From Acidimicrobiales bacterium (lineage in GTDB: Bacteria; Actinomycetota; Acidimicrobiia; Acidimicrobiales; Bin134), in the NCBI GenBank assembly GCA_965200775.1, contig OZ241383.1, positions 132,280-196,279 of the forward strand: 64,000 nt of DNA, in the 5' to 3' direction. Under the pieces are notes generated by a model. The model was not told where the DNA came from and did not search any database. It saw only the letters and a list, made by a program, of their open reading frames with translations. Every line of letters starts with the position of its first letter. The stretch's first letter is position 1. Of this stretch, positions 41,878-53,764 are shown one piece after another. Both the position numbers and the translations under genes were made by a program.

Positions 41878-42851
41878 TGGTTGGTTACGGTGCGACGGTC
41901 GACGCTGGGATGGGCGGCGGCCGGGTCGAGCAGGTGCTCGGGGGTGCCGCCCCGCAGCCAGGTCACGGCCTGCTCCACCGCCTGGCCCACCAGGCGGACG
42001 AGGCCCACGGTGGTGGCCGAGGCCACGTGGGGGGTGACCACCACGTTTTCCCGGCCCAGCAGCGGATGGTCGGGGGGGAGGGGCTCGGGTTCGGTCACAT
42101 CAAGGCCGGCACCCGCCACTTGGCCCGAGTCGAGTGCGTCGAGCAGGGCTTGTTGATCCAGCAGGGCACCCCGGGCGCAGTTGACGATGACCACGCCAGG
42201 GCTCATGGCCGCCAGTGAATCGGGATTGATTATGTGGCGGGTCTCGGGCGTGGCCGGGGCGTGAAGCGAGACCACATCGGACTCGGCCCAAAGCCGGTCA
42301 AGTTCCACCAGCTCGCCCACCGGGGAGGCCGACAGGTACGGGTCGTAAACGAGCACGCTCATGCCCAGGGCCTCGGCGTAATGCCCTAGGAGACTGCCGA
42401 TGCGCCCGCATCCCACCAGTCCCAGGGTGCGCCCGTCCAGCTCGAGCGCCCCGGCTCCGGTGATCTGGCGGGGTCCGCCGGGGAAGCCCTTGGCGAGGCG
42501 TTGCTCGGATACCTTGAGCCGCTTGGTCACCGCCAGCATCAGGGCCAGCGCGTGCTCGGCAGTGGAGACGGTGGGAGCGTCGGGGGTGTTGCAGGCCGCC
42601 ACCCCTTGAGCGGCACAGGCCGCCACGTCCACGTTGTCGTAGCCGATGCCGGAACGGGCCACCACCTTGAGGTTGGGAAGACGGCGGCAAGCGTCGACGT
42701 CCCACGGCTGGTCCGCGGCCACCACCACGCCGTCGGCCGAGTCAGGGCCGTCCACCAACTCCACGTCGGGAGGGATGGCAACGCCGGCCGGGGGGGTCCG
42801 GTCGATCCAGATCCGGATCTTGGATTCGGCGCTGGTCATGGTCATGCTCAA
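41874..42851 (-). CDS. D-isomer-specific 2-hydroxyacid dehydrogenase family protein
   Basis: GRTLGLVGCGRIGSLLGHYAEALGMSVLVYDP NAD-binding motif and a catalytic-region NCARG...D...TPH. Confidence 0.8.
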   Translation of the reverse strand: MSMTMTSAESKIRIWIDRTPPAGVAIPPDVELVDGPDSADGVVVAADQPWDVDACRRLPNLKVVARSGIGYDNVDVAACAAQGVAACNTPDAPTVSTAEHALALMLAVTKRLKVSEQRLAKGFPGGPRQITGAGALELDGRTLGLVGCGRIGSLLGHYAEALGMSVLVYDPYLSASPVGELVELDRLWAESDVVSLHAPATPETRHIINPDSLAAMSPGVVIVNCARGALLDQQALLDALDSGQVAGAGLDVTEPEPLPPDHPLLGRENVVVTPHVASATTVGLVRLVGQAVEQAVTWLRGGTPEHLLDPAAAHPSVDRRTVTNQ

Positions 42852-42874
42852 ACCTCAGGGCGATTCGTTGGGGA

Positions 42875-43879
42875 TCACGGCCGGCCGGCCAGCATCTCGT
42901 CTATTTCGTCGGGGGTGGGCATAGCGTCGGAACAGGCCAGGCGACCGGCCACAATAGCGCCGGCCGCGTTGGCCCGGGTGACGATTGCCGCCGGGTCGAG
43001 GCCGGCCAGCAGCCCGTCGGCCAGCGACCCGCCGAAAGCGTCACCCGCTCCGAGACCGCAAACCACCTCGACCGGGATGGGCGGCACCTCGGTTCGGCTC
43101 TGCTCGGTGGCCACCAGAACCCCGTCGGCCCCCTGCTTCACGACGGCCAGCGACACCCCCCGTTCCAGCAGCCGGTCGGCAGCGGTGTGGGGGTCGGAGG
43201 TGCCGACGGCGATATCGCACTCGGTGCGGTTGCCCACCGCCACCGTTGCCCAGTCCACGGCCTGGCCCACATGGGCGCGGGCCTCCTCGAGGGATGCCCA
43301 GAAGCTGGGTCGGTAGTCGAGGTCGAGCACGGTGTGTGGACGGCGGCCGCGCCGGTGCAGCACCTCCATCACGGTGGAGCGGGACGGCTCCTGGGCAAAG
43401 CGGGACCCGGTAACCCACAGCACGGGAACGGTGGCCGCGATGTCGGGTATGTCGCCGGGCAGCAGGTTCATCTCCGGGCCCCGGGGCTCGCGGTAGAACA
43501 ACAGCGGCGGGTCGGTGGGAGGATCGAGGGCGCAGAACGCCAGAGCGGTGCGCAGCTCGGGGTCGGTGGAAACGTAGCGGTTGTCCACCCCGAACCCGTC
43601 GGAAAGGTGGGTGCGGATGTACTGGCCGAAGCCGTCGTCACCCACCCGAGTGACCACAGCGGCCCGCCGGCCGAGCCGGGCACAGGCCACAGCCACGTTG
43701 GTGGGGGAACCTCCGATCGACTTGGCGAACGACTCCACCTGGCTGAGCGGGACACCGCTTTGCTGTGGGTAGAGATCGACGCTTACCCGCCCGATGGTGA
43801 GCACCTCGATCTCGGTTGGGTCCGACTCGGTTGGGTCCGACCCACCAGGGCTGGAGATGTCGGTTCGAGTCTGCGGCAC
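42875..43879 (-). CDS. iolC: 5-dehydro-2-deoxygluconokinase (PfkB family)
   Basis: LTIGRVSVDLYPQQ, GGSPTNVAVACARLG, C-terminal GAGDAFGG, and iol context. It carries a 15-bp in-frame tandem duplication near the 5' end (SDPTESDPTE). Confidence 0.82.
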   Translation of the reverse strand: MPQTRTDISSPGGSDPTESDPTEIEVLTIGRVSVDLYPQQSGVPLSQVESFAKSIGGSPTNVAVACARLGRRAAVVTRVGDDGFGQYIRTHLSDGFGVDNRYVSTDPELRTALAFCALDPPTDPPLLFYREPRGPEMNLLPGDIPDIAATVPVLWVTGSRFAQEPSRSTVMEVLHRRGRRPHTVLDLDYRPSFWASLEEARAHVGQAVDWATVAVGNRTECDIAVGTSDPHTAADRLLERGVSLAVVKQGADGVLVATEQSRTEVPPIPVEVVCGLGAGDAFGGSLADGLLAGLDPAAIVTRANAAGAIVAGRLACSDAMPTPDEIDEMLAGRP

Positions 43880-43917
43880 GCAGAGATTTTAGAGGCGCTA
43901 GGTGGTCCTTGGTGAGC

Positions 43918-44697
43918 TTACGCCCCCGCTTGGGCCAGCTCGTGCTGGAGGGCCTCCAGTTCGGCGCCACCTGCCATGAGCTGGGTCAGCTCGGCCTGCG
44001 ACAGCTCTTCCTTGGCCCAGTTGCCCATCGACTGACCCCGGTTCAGGATCACGAAGCGGTCACCCACCGGGTAGGCGTGGTTGGGGTTGTGGGTGATGAA
44101 GATCACGGCCAACCCCTGGTCGCGGGCCTCGACGATGCGCCGCAGCACCACCCCCGACTGCTTCACTCCCAGCGCCGAGGTTGGCTCGTCGAGTATCAGA
44201 ACCCGGGCCCCGAAGTAGCTGGCCCGGGCGATGGCCACCGACTGCCGCTCACCACCGGAGAGGGTGCCGACGGTCTGGTCGATGTCGCGGATGTCGATGC
44301 CCATCTTGCCCATCTCCTCCTTGGCGATGCGCTTGGCCCCCTCGATGTCGATCTGGCGGAAGGGCCAGATGCCGGTTTTGGGCTCCGACCCGAGGAAGAA
44401 GTTCCGCCACACCGACATGAGCGGCACCATGGCCAGGTCCTGGTACACGGTGGCAATGCCCCGGGCCAGCGCCTCGCGGGGCGAGTTGAAGCGCACCTCC
44501 TCGCCCTCCATGAGCAGCTTGCCCTCATCGTGCTGATGCACACCGGCGAGGATCTTGATGAAGGTGGACTTGCCCGCCCCGTTGTCGCCCAGCACGCAGG
44601 TGACCTCGCCGGGATTCACCGTTGTTGTCACGCCGGTGAGGGCGATGATGTTCCCGTAGAACTTCGAGATGTTGTGGAGTTCGAGGAAGTCGGCCAT
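43918..44697 (-). CDS. Sugar ABC transporter ATP-binding protein (single NBD, FrcA-like)
   Basis: Walker [10 protein letters not shown], signature LSGGERQ, Walker [11 protein letters not shown]; 259 aa. Confidence 0.9.
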   Translation of the reverse strand: MADFLELHNISKFYGNIIALTGVTTTVNPGEVTCVLGDNGAGKSTFIKILAGVHQHDEGKLLMEGEEVRFNSPREALARGIATVYQDLAMVPLMSVWRNFFLGSEPKTGIWPFRQIDIEGAKRIAKEEMGKMGIDIRDIDQTVGTLSGGERQSVAIARASYFGARVLILDEPTSALGVKQSGVVLRRIVEARDQGLAVIFITHNPNHAYPVGDRFVILNRGQSMGNWAKEELSQAELTQLMAGGAELEALQHELAQAGA

Positions 44698-44761
44698 CAG
44701 ACGGTCTCCTTGGTGATGGTTTGCCGTTGGGTCTTCGGTTCTCGGTTCGTTGTGGCGGCGG

Positions 44762-47008
44762 TCATCGGACCTTCTCCGCCTGGCTGCGTACGTAGTTGTT
44801 CACCAGCACCGACACCAGCAGCAGGGTGCCCAAAACCAGGAACCTCCAGTCGCTGTTCCAGGTGGCGAAGCCGATGCCTTGGGTAATCATGCCCCAGATC
44901 ACCGCGCCGATGGCCGCCCCTATAGCCGATCCGTAGCCGCCGGTGAGCAGGCACCCGCCGACCACCGCCACGATGATGTAGCGGAACTCGTTGCCGTCGC
45001 CCACGTTGGCCTGCACCGAGTTGAGCCGGAAGGCGATCACCATGCCGGTGACCCACGCCGACGCCGACACCAGCATGAACAGCGTTGTCTTGGTACGGGC
45101 CGCGGGCACACCCACCGAGCGGGAGGCGTCCTTGTTGCCTCCCACGGCAAAGATCCAGTTGCCGAACTGGGTGCGGGCCAGCACCCATGCCCCGAGCACG
45201 GCGAAGGCCAGAAACAGCATGACCCCCACACCGAATCGGGTCTGGGCCCGGGTGGCGGCCAGCTCGTCGCTGGTGATGAACAGCAGCCGGGCGGCCAGCC
45301 CCAACGCCACCGAGCCGAGGCCCACCGACACCAGGGAGCGTCCCACGCTCTCATCCGAGGTGAACAGGGTTCGGCCCAGCGTGCCGAGGGCGAATATGGC
45401 GAAGGCGGCGATGCCGCCCTTTGCCGCCCCGGTGATGATGCTGTAGAGGATGCCGTCGCCGTCAACCAGCTCGATGATGGCGAATACCAACCCGGCCCCT
45501 ATCCCCACCAGAGTGGCGATGCGGCTGATCTGGGCCCCCAGGGAAGCGGCTGAGCCGGCCGACATGGGCGGCGGAGCCGAGGTTCGCCTAGCGGAGAGGT
45601 ACTGAGCCACGGCGGCAGCAGCCAACAGAAGGGCAATCAGCAAAAGGGCGGTGAACAGCTCAACCCGGAGCTTGCGAGAGGCCGCCTCGGATTGAATGAA
45701 GAAGGCCAAGGCCGCAATGCCCGCCGATGTGAGCAGGGAGAGCACCACCGCCAGGTTCCGCGCCCTCGCCGCGATGGTGAGCAGCACCACCCCGGCCAGA
45801 GCCAAGCCCCCGAACAGGATGGCCCGAGCCCCCTGTACGGTAATCATGTAGCTGACCGCGGGGATCAGGGCGATGAGCGCACCGATCGCCGGATACCCCA
45901 CGCTCACCCTCCCTAGGGCGGCCAGTACCGCCAACACCCCGGTGGCACCTATACCGATGGCCAGAACAGTCCGGCCCGGGGTGCCGCTCAGGAAGTCGAG
46001 TTGGTCGGAGCTGTTGGAGTCCATCACCGCGGCGATGAGGATGGCGCCGACAATGGCCACGATTCCCCCAATCAGGAACCGAACCTGGTTCTGGCCGAGC
46101 TGCATCCGCATTGCCCGGTGTTCGGAGGGCACGTAGCGGGCCAGGCACCAGCCGGCCACTGCAACCAGCACCCCCGCCCCGGTGATGATCCCGAAAATCG
46201 AGTTGGAGCTGGTGCTGTCCTGTTGCAGCAGCAGGATGAAACCGATGGCCCCGGCTGCTGCACCGATGGCCGAGATGAGATAACCACCGGTGTTGGGTTG
46301 TTCCCTGCGGGCGTAGGCCAGTTCCATGGTTCCGAGAATCAGCACCACAGCGCCGATGATGAGCATTCCGCTCCAGGCCCAGTCCCGGTTGTCCCACACG
46401 TGGCCGTTGCGTACCCATTGCGCCCCGAAGATGTTGTCCCAGAACTCGTAGCCCCCGGACCGGTCGAGGCCCTCCACGATCACCTTGTTGGTGAACAGCT
46501 TTGCGAACCCGAGCTTGGCCCCTATGAGTATGAAGAAGGTGCCGAGGGTGACGATGAAGCTGGGCAGCGAGGTTTTCTCCACCAGGGTGCCGTTGAACCA
46601 CCCGATGGCCAGTGCAAACGCCAGCGACAACGGCACCGCGAGGTGGAGGCTGAGCCCGGCCCCGCCCAGTTCGGCGGTGTCGCTGCTCAGCAGGATCACG
46701 ATCACCGCGGTGGCCCCGGTCATCGATCCCGACGAGAGGTCGAACTCACCCCCGATCATCAACAGCGCCACCGGGACTGCCATCAGCCCGAGGGTGGCTG
46801 CCACATCCAGATAGTTGGCGGTGCCTCCTACTGTGCCGAACGCCTCGGAAACCATCCAGAACAAGAGCCAAACCCCGACGGCGCCGATCAGAGCGCCGAT
46901 CTCCGGCCGGGTGAGTAGCTGCTGTACCGGACCTCGGTGGGCTAATCGCTCATCACCGGCGGTTGATGCGGTGGCTGCAGTCTCTGTCGTTGTGGTCGTT
47001 TCAGCCAT
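44762..47008 (-). CDS. CUT2-type sugar ABC transporter permease with a very large central hydrophobic insertion (748 aa)
   Basis: The N-terminal part ([19 protein letters not shown]) and the C-terminal part ([20 protein letters not shown]...[23 protein letters not shown]) match RbsC-like permeases. About 400 aa of extra TM helices lie between them. Start chosen at ATG 47008. Confidence 0.8.
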   Translation of the reverse strand: MAETTTTTETAATASTAGDERLAHRGPVQQLLTRPEIGALIGAVGVWLLFWMVSEAFGTVGGTANYLDVAATLGLMAVPVALLMIGGEFDLSSGSMTGATAVIVILLSSDTAELGGAGLSLHLAVPLSLAFALAIGWFNGTLVEKTSLPSFIVTLGTFFILIGAKLGFAKLFTNKVIVEGLDRSGGYEFWDNIFGAQWVRNGHVWDNRDWAWSGMLIIGAVVLILGTMELAYARREQPNTGGYLISAIGAAAGAIGFILLLQQDSTSSNSIFGIITGAGVLVAVAGWCLARYVPSEHRAMRMQLGQNQVRFLIGGIVAIVGAILIAAVMDSNSSDQLDFLSGTPGRTVLAIGIGATGVLAVLAALGRVSVGYPAIGALIALIPAVSYMITVQGARAILFGGLALAGVVLLTIAARARNLAVVLSLLTSAGIAALAFFIQSEAASRKLRVELFTALLLIALLLAAAAVAQYLSARRTSAPPPMSAGSAASLGAQISRIATLVGIGAGLVFAIIELVDGDGILYSIITGAAKGGIAAFAIFALGTLGRTLFTSDESVGRSLVSVGLGSVALGLAARLLFITSDELAATRAQTRFGVGVMLFLAFAVLGAWVLARTQFGNWIFAVGGNKDASRSVGVPAARTKTTLFMLVSASAWVTGMVIAFRLNSVQANVGDGNEFRYIIVAVVGGCLLTGGYGSAIGAAIGAVIWGMITQGIGFATWNSDWRFLVLGTLLLVSVLVNNYVRSQAEKVR

Positions 47009-47186
47009 GAGAGCCCCCCTCTCTGCCTGATGATACTGTGTTGGTTGGGCGTTGCGTGTTTGGTGGTGTCCTTCGGATGCTGTTTCTTCGTCTAACTGTA
47101 AGTCCAAACTTTAGACCAAGAGGCTGGGCCGGGTGGGAGAACCTGGCTTGGATTGTGATCGCAACGTGAGCTGCCCGGTCATGCGA

Positions 47187-47252
47187 GGGGCGCTGCCCGA
47201 GGATCTCGAGCAGCGCCCCTTCACATTTCTTAGACAGCGCGTTCAGCGCTGT
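47187..47252 (-). other. Two GC-rich stem-loops in the SBP-permease intergenic region: GGGGCGCTGC/GCAGCGCCCC (47187-47219) and ACAGCGC/GCGCTGT (47234-47252)
   Basis: Perfect 10-bp and 7-bp inverted repeats read directly. They may be an intra-operon attenuator or an mRNA-stability element. There is no clear U-tract on the minus strand. Confidence 0.35.
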
Positions 47253-47304
47253 TGATCCGAATCCAGCCAGCGTTCTTTCGGCCGGCCTTGTATCGGCTCC
47301 TGGC

Positions 47305-48342
47305 CTAGCGGGTTCCCTGGGAAACCAGTGCCTTGACCACCGAAGCGTTGGCGGTGTCGACGAAGCCCGGACCGGTGAGGATGGGCAGGCCGCCGCCCGC
47401 GGTGTTCTGGTTGGTGGCTTGCAGGTGCATGAGGATCACCGGCAGGTAACCCTGGAGGTACTGCTGCTGGTCAACGGTGAACGCCACGTCGCCCGACTCG
47501 ATGAGGTCGATGAGGTCGCTGGAGAGGTCGAATCCGCCGATGATCAGATCGCGGCCTGCCTGCTCCCCGGCTTCCAGAGCCCGAAGCGGCAGGTTGGGAC
47601 CGACGCCGAGCACGCCGTCGATGGACGGATCGCCCTGGAGCAGGGCGGCGATACCGTTCTGCTGCTCGTCGGGGTTGGCGTCCAGTCCGACGAATTCGGA
47701 GGTCACCTGACCGTTGAAGGTTTCGGCCAAGCCGTTGCAGCGCTCTTCGAGGGCCACGTTTGACTGCTCCTGGCGGGCGCAGAGCACGTGTGTGGCACCC
47801 AAGTCGTTGAACCGCTTGCCGGCACCGTTACCGGCCACGGTCTCGGTCTGGCCCACGTGGGTGACCGCGCCTAGGTCTTCGTAGTTGTTCACCCCGGAGT
47901 TGAGCGTGTACAGCGGGATTCCGGCGTCGACAACGGCACGGGCAGCAGCCTCAACGCCGGCCGGGTCGGCCAGCGAGATGGCAACACCATCGGAGCCGGC
48001 AGCGATGGCCGCTTCGATCTGCTGCGACTGAGCCAGAGCGTCGTTGTTGGAGCCGAAGTACACCACTTCGCAACCGATGGCTGCGGCAGCGTCCTCCACC
48101 GCCACCTCGACCACTGACCAGAAGGTGCCGGCATCACCATGGGTGATGACGTGGTAGGTCTTGTCGCAGCCCTGGGTGGGCTGGACTTCGACTACCTCGG
48201 TCGGCTCTTCCGTGGCAGGGGCCGCGGCCTCTGTCGGTTCGCTGGTGGCCGGTTCGCTGCTGCTGTCGTCGTCGTTGCCGCAAGCGGCCGCAACGAGTGT
48301 CAACGCCAGAAGCAGGGCAAACAGCTTCCATAGCTTGTTCAT
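47305..48342 (-). CDS. Sugar ABC transporter substrate-binding lipoprotein (periplasmic-binding-protein type I)
   Basis: Lipobox LVAAACGN, an acidic linker, and an RbsB-like fold (VITHGDAGTFWSVV...VDAGIPLYTLNSG). Confidence 0.85.
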   Translation of the reverse strand: MNKLWKLFALLLALTLVAAACGNDDDSSSEPATSEPTEAAAPATEEPTEVVEVQPTQGCDKTYHVITHGDAGTFWSVVEVAVEDAAAAIGCEVVYFGSNNDALAQSQQIEAAIAAGSDGVAISLADPAGVEAAARAVVDAGIPLYTLNSGVNNYEDLGAVTHVGQTETVAGNGAGKRFNDLGATHVLCARQEQSNVALEERCNGLAETFNGQVTSEFVGLDANPDEQQNGIAALLQGDPSIDGVLGVGPNLPLRALEAGEQAGRDLIIGGFDLSSDLIDLIESGDVAFTVDQQQYLQGYLPVILMHLQATNQNTAGGGLPILTGPGFVDTANASVVKALVSQGTR

Positions 48343-48356
48343 AGTTATTTTCCCTC

Positions 48357-49277
48357 TCAGTGTTGGTTGGTTTGTGAGGCTCCGGCACCCGCGAGGACGG
48401 GTTCCAGACTTTGCAGGAAGTCGATGCTCCGACCGGCGTCGTGCCTCAGCCGAGCGATCGCGGCGGGGTCGCCCTCCGCAATGGCGGCATCCTGCTCCAG
48501 GACGTACCAGAGGTCACGCCCCGATCTTTCCAGGGTGTCGACGATCTCGGTGATCGGCATTCCACCCTGTCCCAAGGGCGGGAACAGTCCCTGCTGTACG
48601 CCCTCCATGAGCGACAGCTTTCCCGCCACGACCTGGGCTGCGATTCCCAGGTCTGCGTCCTTCAGATGTACCAGCGCGATGCGGTCGAGATGGCGCTGGG
48701 TCATCTCGATCACGTCGCCGCCGCCGAGGAGGAGATGAGCGGTGTCCAGCACCAGCGCGGTATCGCTGATCTCCAGGATGTGCTCGGTTTCCGCTGCGGT
48801 TTCCAACAGGCATCCGAAGTGGGGATGAAGGGCCTGAATCAGCCCGTGTTCATGGGCGATTCGATTCACTTCGGCCAGCGTGGCTGCCACGTTGGACCAT
48901 TCGCTGCCGGCCAGAGGTTCCTGCCGCCAGTTCTGGGGATGGCTGACCGCACAGCTCACGAAAAAGCGTCCGCCTGCTCCTGCGATAAGGGCGGCAGCAT
49001 GGGACGCCGCCTTGAGGGTTGCCTTGGTCCGGGAGGGGTCGTGCAGCACCAGGGGGACGAAACCGCCCAGCAGCGACAAGCGGTGTCGGTCGAGTGTGGA
49101 GCGCAGCTTGGTGGGTTCGGTGGGCAGGTACCCGAACGACCCCAGCTCGGTGTGGGTAAAACCGGCATTGGCCATTTCAGCCAGCACGGTTTCGACCGGA
49201 AGCTGGTATCCCCATCCGGGCATCTCACAAACGCCCCAACTGATGGGCGCGGTCGCGGTTCGCTCAACCAGTTTCAT
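48357..49277 (-). CDS. iolE: Xylose-isomerase-like TIM-barrel protein, inosose dehydratase (IolE/MocC)-like
   Basis: APISWGVCEMPGWGYQLPVETVLAEMANAGFTHTELGSFGYLP resembles the IolE N-terminus. 306 aa in an iol/ABC context. Confidence 0.65.
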   Translation of the reverse strand: MKLVERTATAPISWGVCEMPGWGYQLPVETVLAEMANAGFTHTELGSFGYLPTEPTKLRSTLDRHRLSLLGGFVPLVLHDPSRTKATLKAASHAAALIAGAGGRFFVSCAVSHPQNWRQEPLAGSEWSNVAATLAEVNRIAHEHGLIQALHPHFGCLLETAAETEHILEISDTALVLDTAHLLLGGGDVIEMTQRHLDRIALVHLKDADLGIAAQVVAGKLSLMEGVQQGLFPPLGQGGMPITEIVDTLERSGRDLWYVLEQDAAIAEGDPAAIARLRHDAGRSIDFLQSLEPVLAGAGASQTNQH

Positions 49278-49449
49278 TTTCGTGGCGCAGCCCCCTCTTT
49301 TCTTTGCCTCTCAAGCCGGACCACCCAGCCCGGCTATGCCCGAGAAAGATTAGACGGTTGAACCCAATGGTGTAAACCGAAGCGGACGGGAGGCGTTAAA
49401 GCCCCGTCCACCTGCGGAAATGAGTGCTGAACCCAAGGGAATCAATGGT

Positions 49450-50091
49450 TCACCGGGAGGCGATTAGTCGGTCGAGTTCGCCCAGGGCGGGCGTTACGTC
49501 GTCTCCCACGAGGATGGCGTGCATTCCCAGATCCCGAGCGCCGACCACGTTGGGCTCGAAATCGTCGAGAAAAACGCTGGTTTCGGGGCGGGAGACCTCC
49601 AGGCGCTCAAGGGCCAGCCGGTAAATCCTCGGATCGGGTTTGCGTATGCCCACTGCGCTGGAGTCGATGACCGACTCGAACAGTTCGTCCACCGGTATGA
49701 GGCGGCGCCACGAGTCACCGAACTCCTTGGCGTTGTTGGTTATGATGGCCTGGCGGATTCCGGCCTCGTTGAGCTCCTGCACCTTGGCCACCACCTGCTC
49801 TCGCTGATGCTCGCTGGTTGTGCCGGTCATCGCACCGAAGAACCCCTCGGTGGTGAAACCCTCGATGCCGTCGGCCCGGCAGGATGCCACCGCCGCTTCC
49901 AGGGCCTCCTCCAGGGTGCCCTCGCCCCGTTCCAGTCGGTGCCAGGGGTGGTCGCCGTCGGCCTCGTATCGCCCGAAGATGTGTTCCAGGAGGCGCTCGT
50001 TTGTGGTTCCCAGCGAGCGTGCGTAGTCGTCGAGGTGAAACGGCGACCCGGTGAACACCCCGCCGAAGTCCCAGAACACTGCTTCGATCAT
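49450..50091 (-). CDS. HAD-superfamily hydrolase (subfamily IA)
   Basis: MIEAVFWDFGGVF (DxG/DxD-type motif I), ITNN, and DDFEPNVVGA. Confidence 0.8.
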   Translation of the reverse strand: MIEAVFWDFGGVFTGSPFHLDDYARSLGTTNERLLEHIFGRYEADGDHPWHRLERGEGTLEEALEAAVASCRADGIEGFTTEGFFGAMTGTTSEHQREQVVAKVQELNEAGIRQAIITNNAKEFGDSWRRLIPVDELFESVIDSSAVGIRKPDPRIYRLALERLEVSRPETSVFLDDFEPNVVGARDLGMHAILVGDDVTPALGELDRLIASR

Positions 50092-50121
50092 GTGGCTCCT
50101 TCGGTCATGGAGTTACTTCGT

Positions 50122-53028
<2,907 letters not shown>

Positions 53029-53044
53029 CTACTAGCGTGATTGT

Positions 53045-53326
53045 GTGGTCAAGCCGACGAACGTGCTGTTGGATCCCACTTTGCGGGCCACCGCCAAACG
53101 CAGGGCCGGTGATCGTGGCCTCAGCGTCTCGGCCTATATCCGTGAGCTGATTCGCGCTGACGACGCGGCAGCTAGTGCCACCGCTGGCGAAATAACTCCA
53201 CTGATCGGCTTGCTTGGTGCCGGCGCCGAACCCTCCGACATCGCACGCCACAAACACGAGATGGTTCGCCAGGCGTTCAGCGAGAACCTCGACCGCAAGC
53301 ACCCAACCGGAACCACCTCAGCGTGA
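53045..53326 (+). CDS. vapB: Type II antitoxin, ribbon-helix-helix (VapB-like)
   Basis: 93 aa. NVLLDPTLRATAKRRAGDRGLSVSAYIRELI is an RHH pattern. The stop overlaps the PIN gene start (GTGA). Confidence 0.75.
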   Translation: MVKPTNVLLDPTLRATAKRRAGDRGLSVSAYIRELIRADDAAASATAGEITPLIGLLGAGAEPSDIARHKHEMVRQAFSENLDRKHPTGTTSA

Positions 53327-53745
53327 GCCGCGTCTTCGTGGACACCAGTGCGTGGTACGCGCTGGCTGCACCCGACGACATCTCCCATGATCTCGCCGTG
53401 CGTTTGCTAGGTGAGCACCAGGGACGGTTGGCCACCACCGACCACGTTCTCGTGGAGACCTGGGCGGTTGCCCGCAACCGGCGAAATCGCGCCGCCGCCG
53501 ACAAGCTCGTGGCCACCATCGTTGACCGCAGCGTCGCCGAAGTCCTCACCGCAACCCCCCAGGACATCGTGACCGCCCTGAGCATCGCAGAGACATTCGC
53601 CGACCAGGACTTCTCGATGATCGACCGCACAAGCTGGGCCGTCATGGAGCGCTGTGGCATCACCGAGGCTGTGGCCTTCGACATCGACTTCGCCGTTTAC
53701 CGCTACGGCCCACACTTCCAGCAAGCCTTCACAATCCACCGCTAG
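53323..53745 (+). CDS. vapC: PIN-domain ribonuclease toxin VapC
   Basis: 140 aa with VFVDTSAWYAL (first acidic residue), HVLVETW, and FSMIDRTSWAVM...AFDIDF. Confidence 0.85.
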   Translation: MSRVFVDTSAWYALAAPDDISHDLAVRLLGEHQGRLATTDHVLVETWAVARNRRNRAAADKLVATIVDRSVAEVLTATPQDIVTALSIAETFADQDFSMIDRTSWAVMERCGITEAVAFDIDFAVYRYGPHFQQAFTIHR

Positions 53746-53764
53746 GCGCACCTGACGTGCGGGG

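Noticed and set aside
49383-49412. The GGACGGG...CCCGTCC hairpin between the HAD gene and the IolE-like gene as an intrinsic terminator
   Set aside because: It is only a 7-bp stem with a 14-nt loop and a weak U-run on the minus strand. It is plausible but not strong enough to list as a feature.
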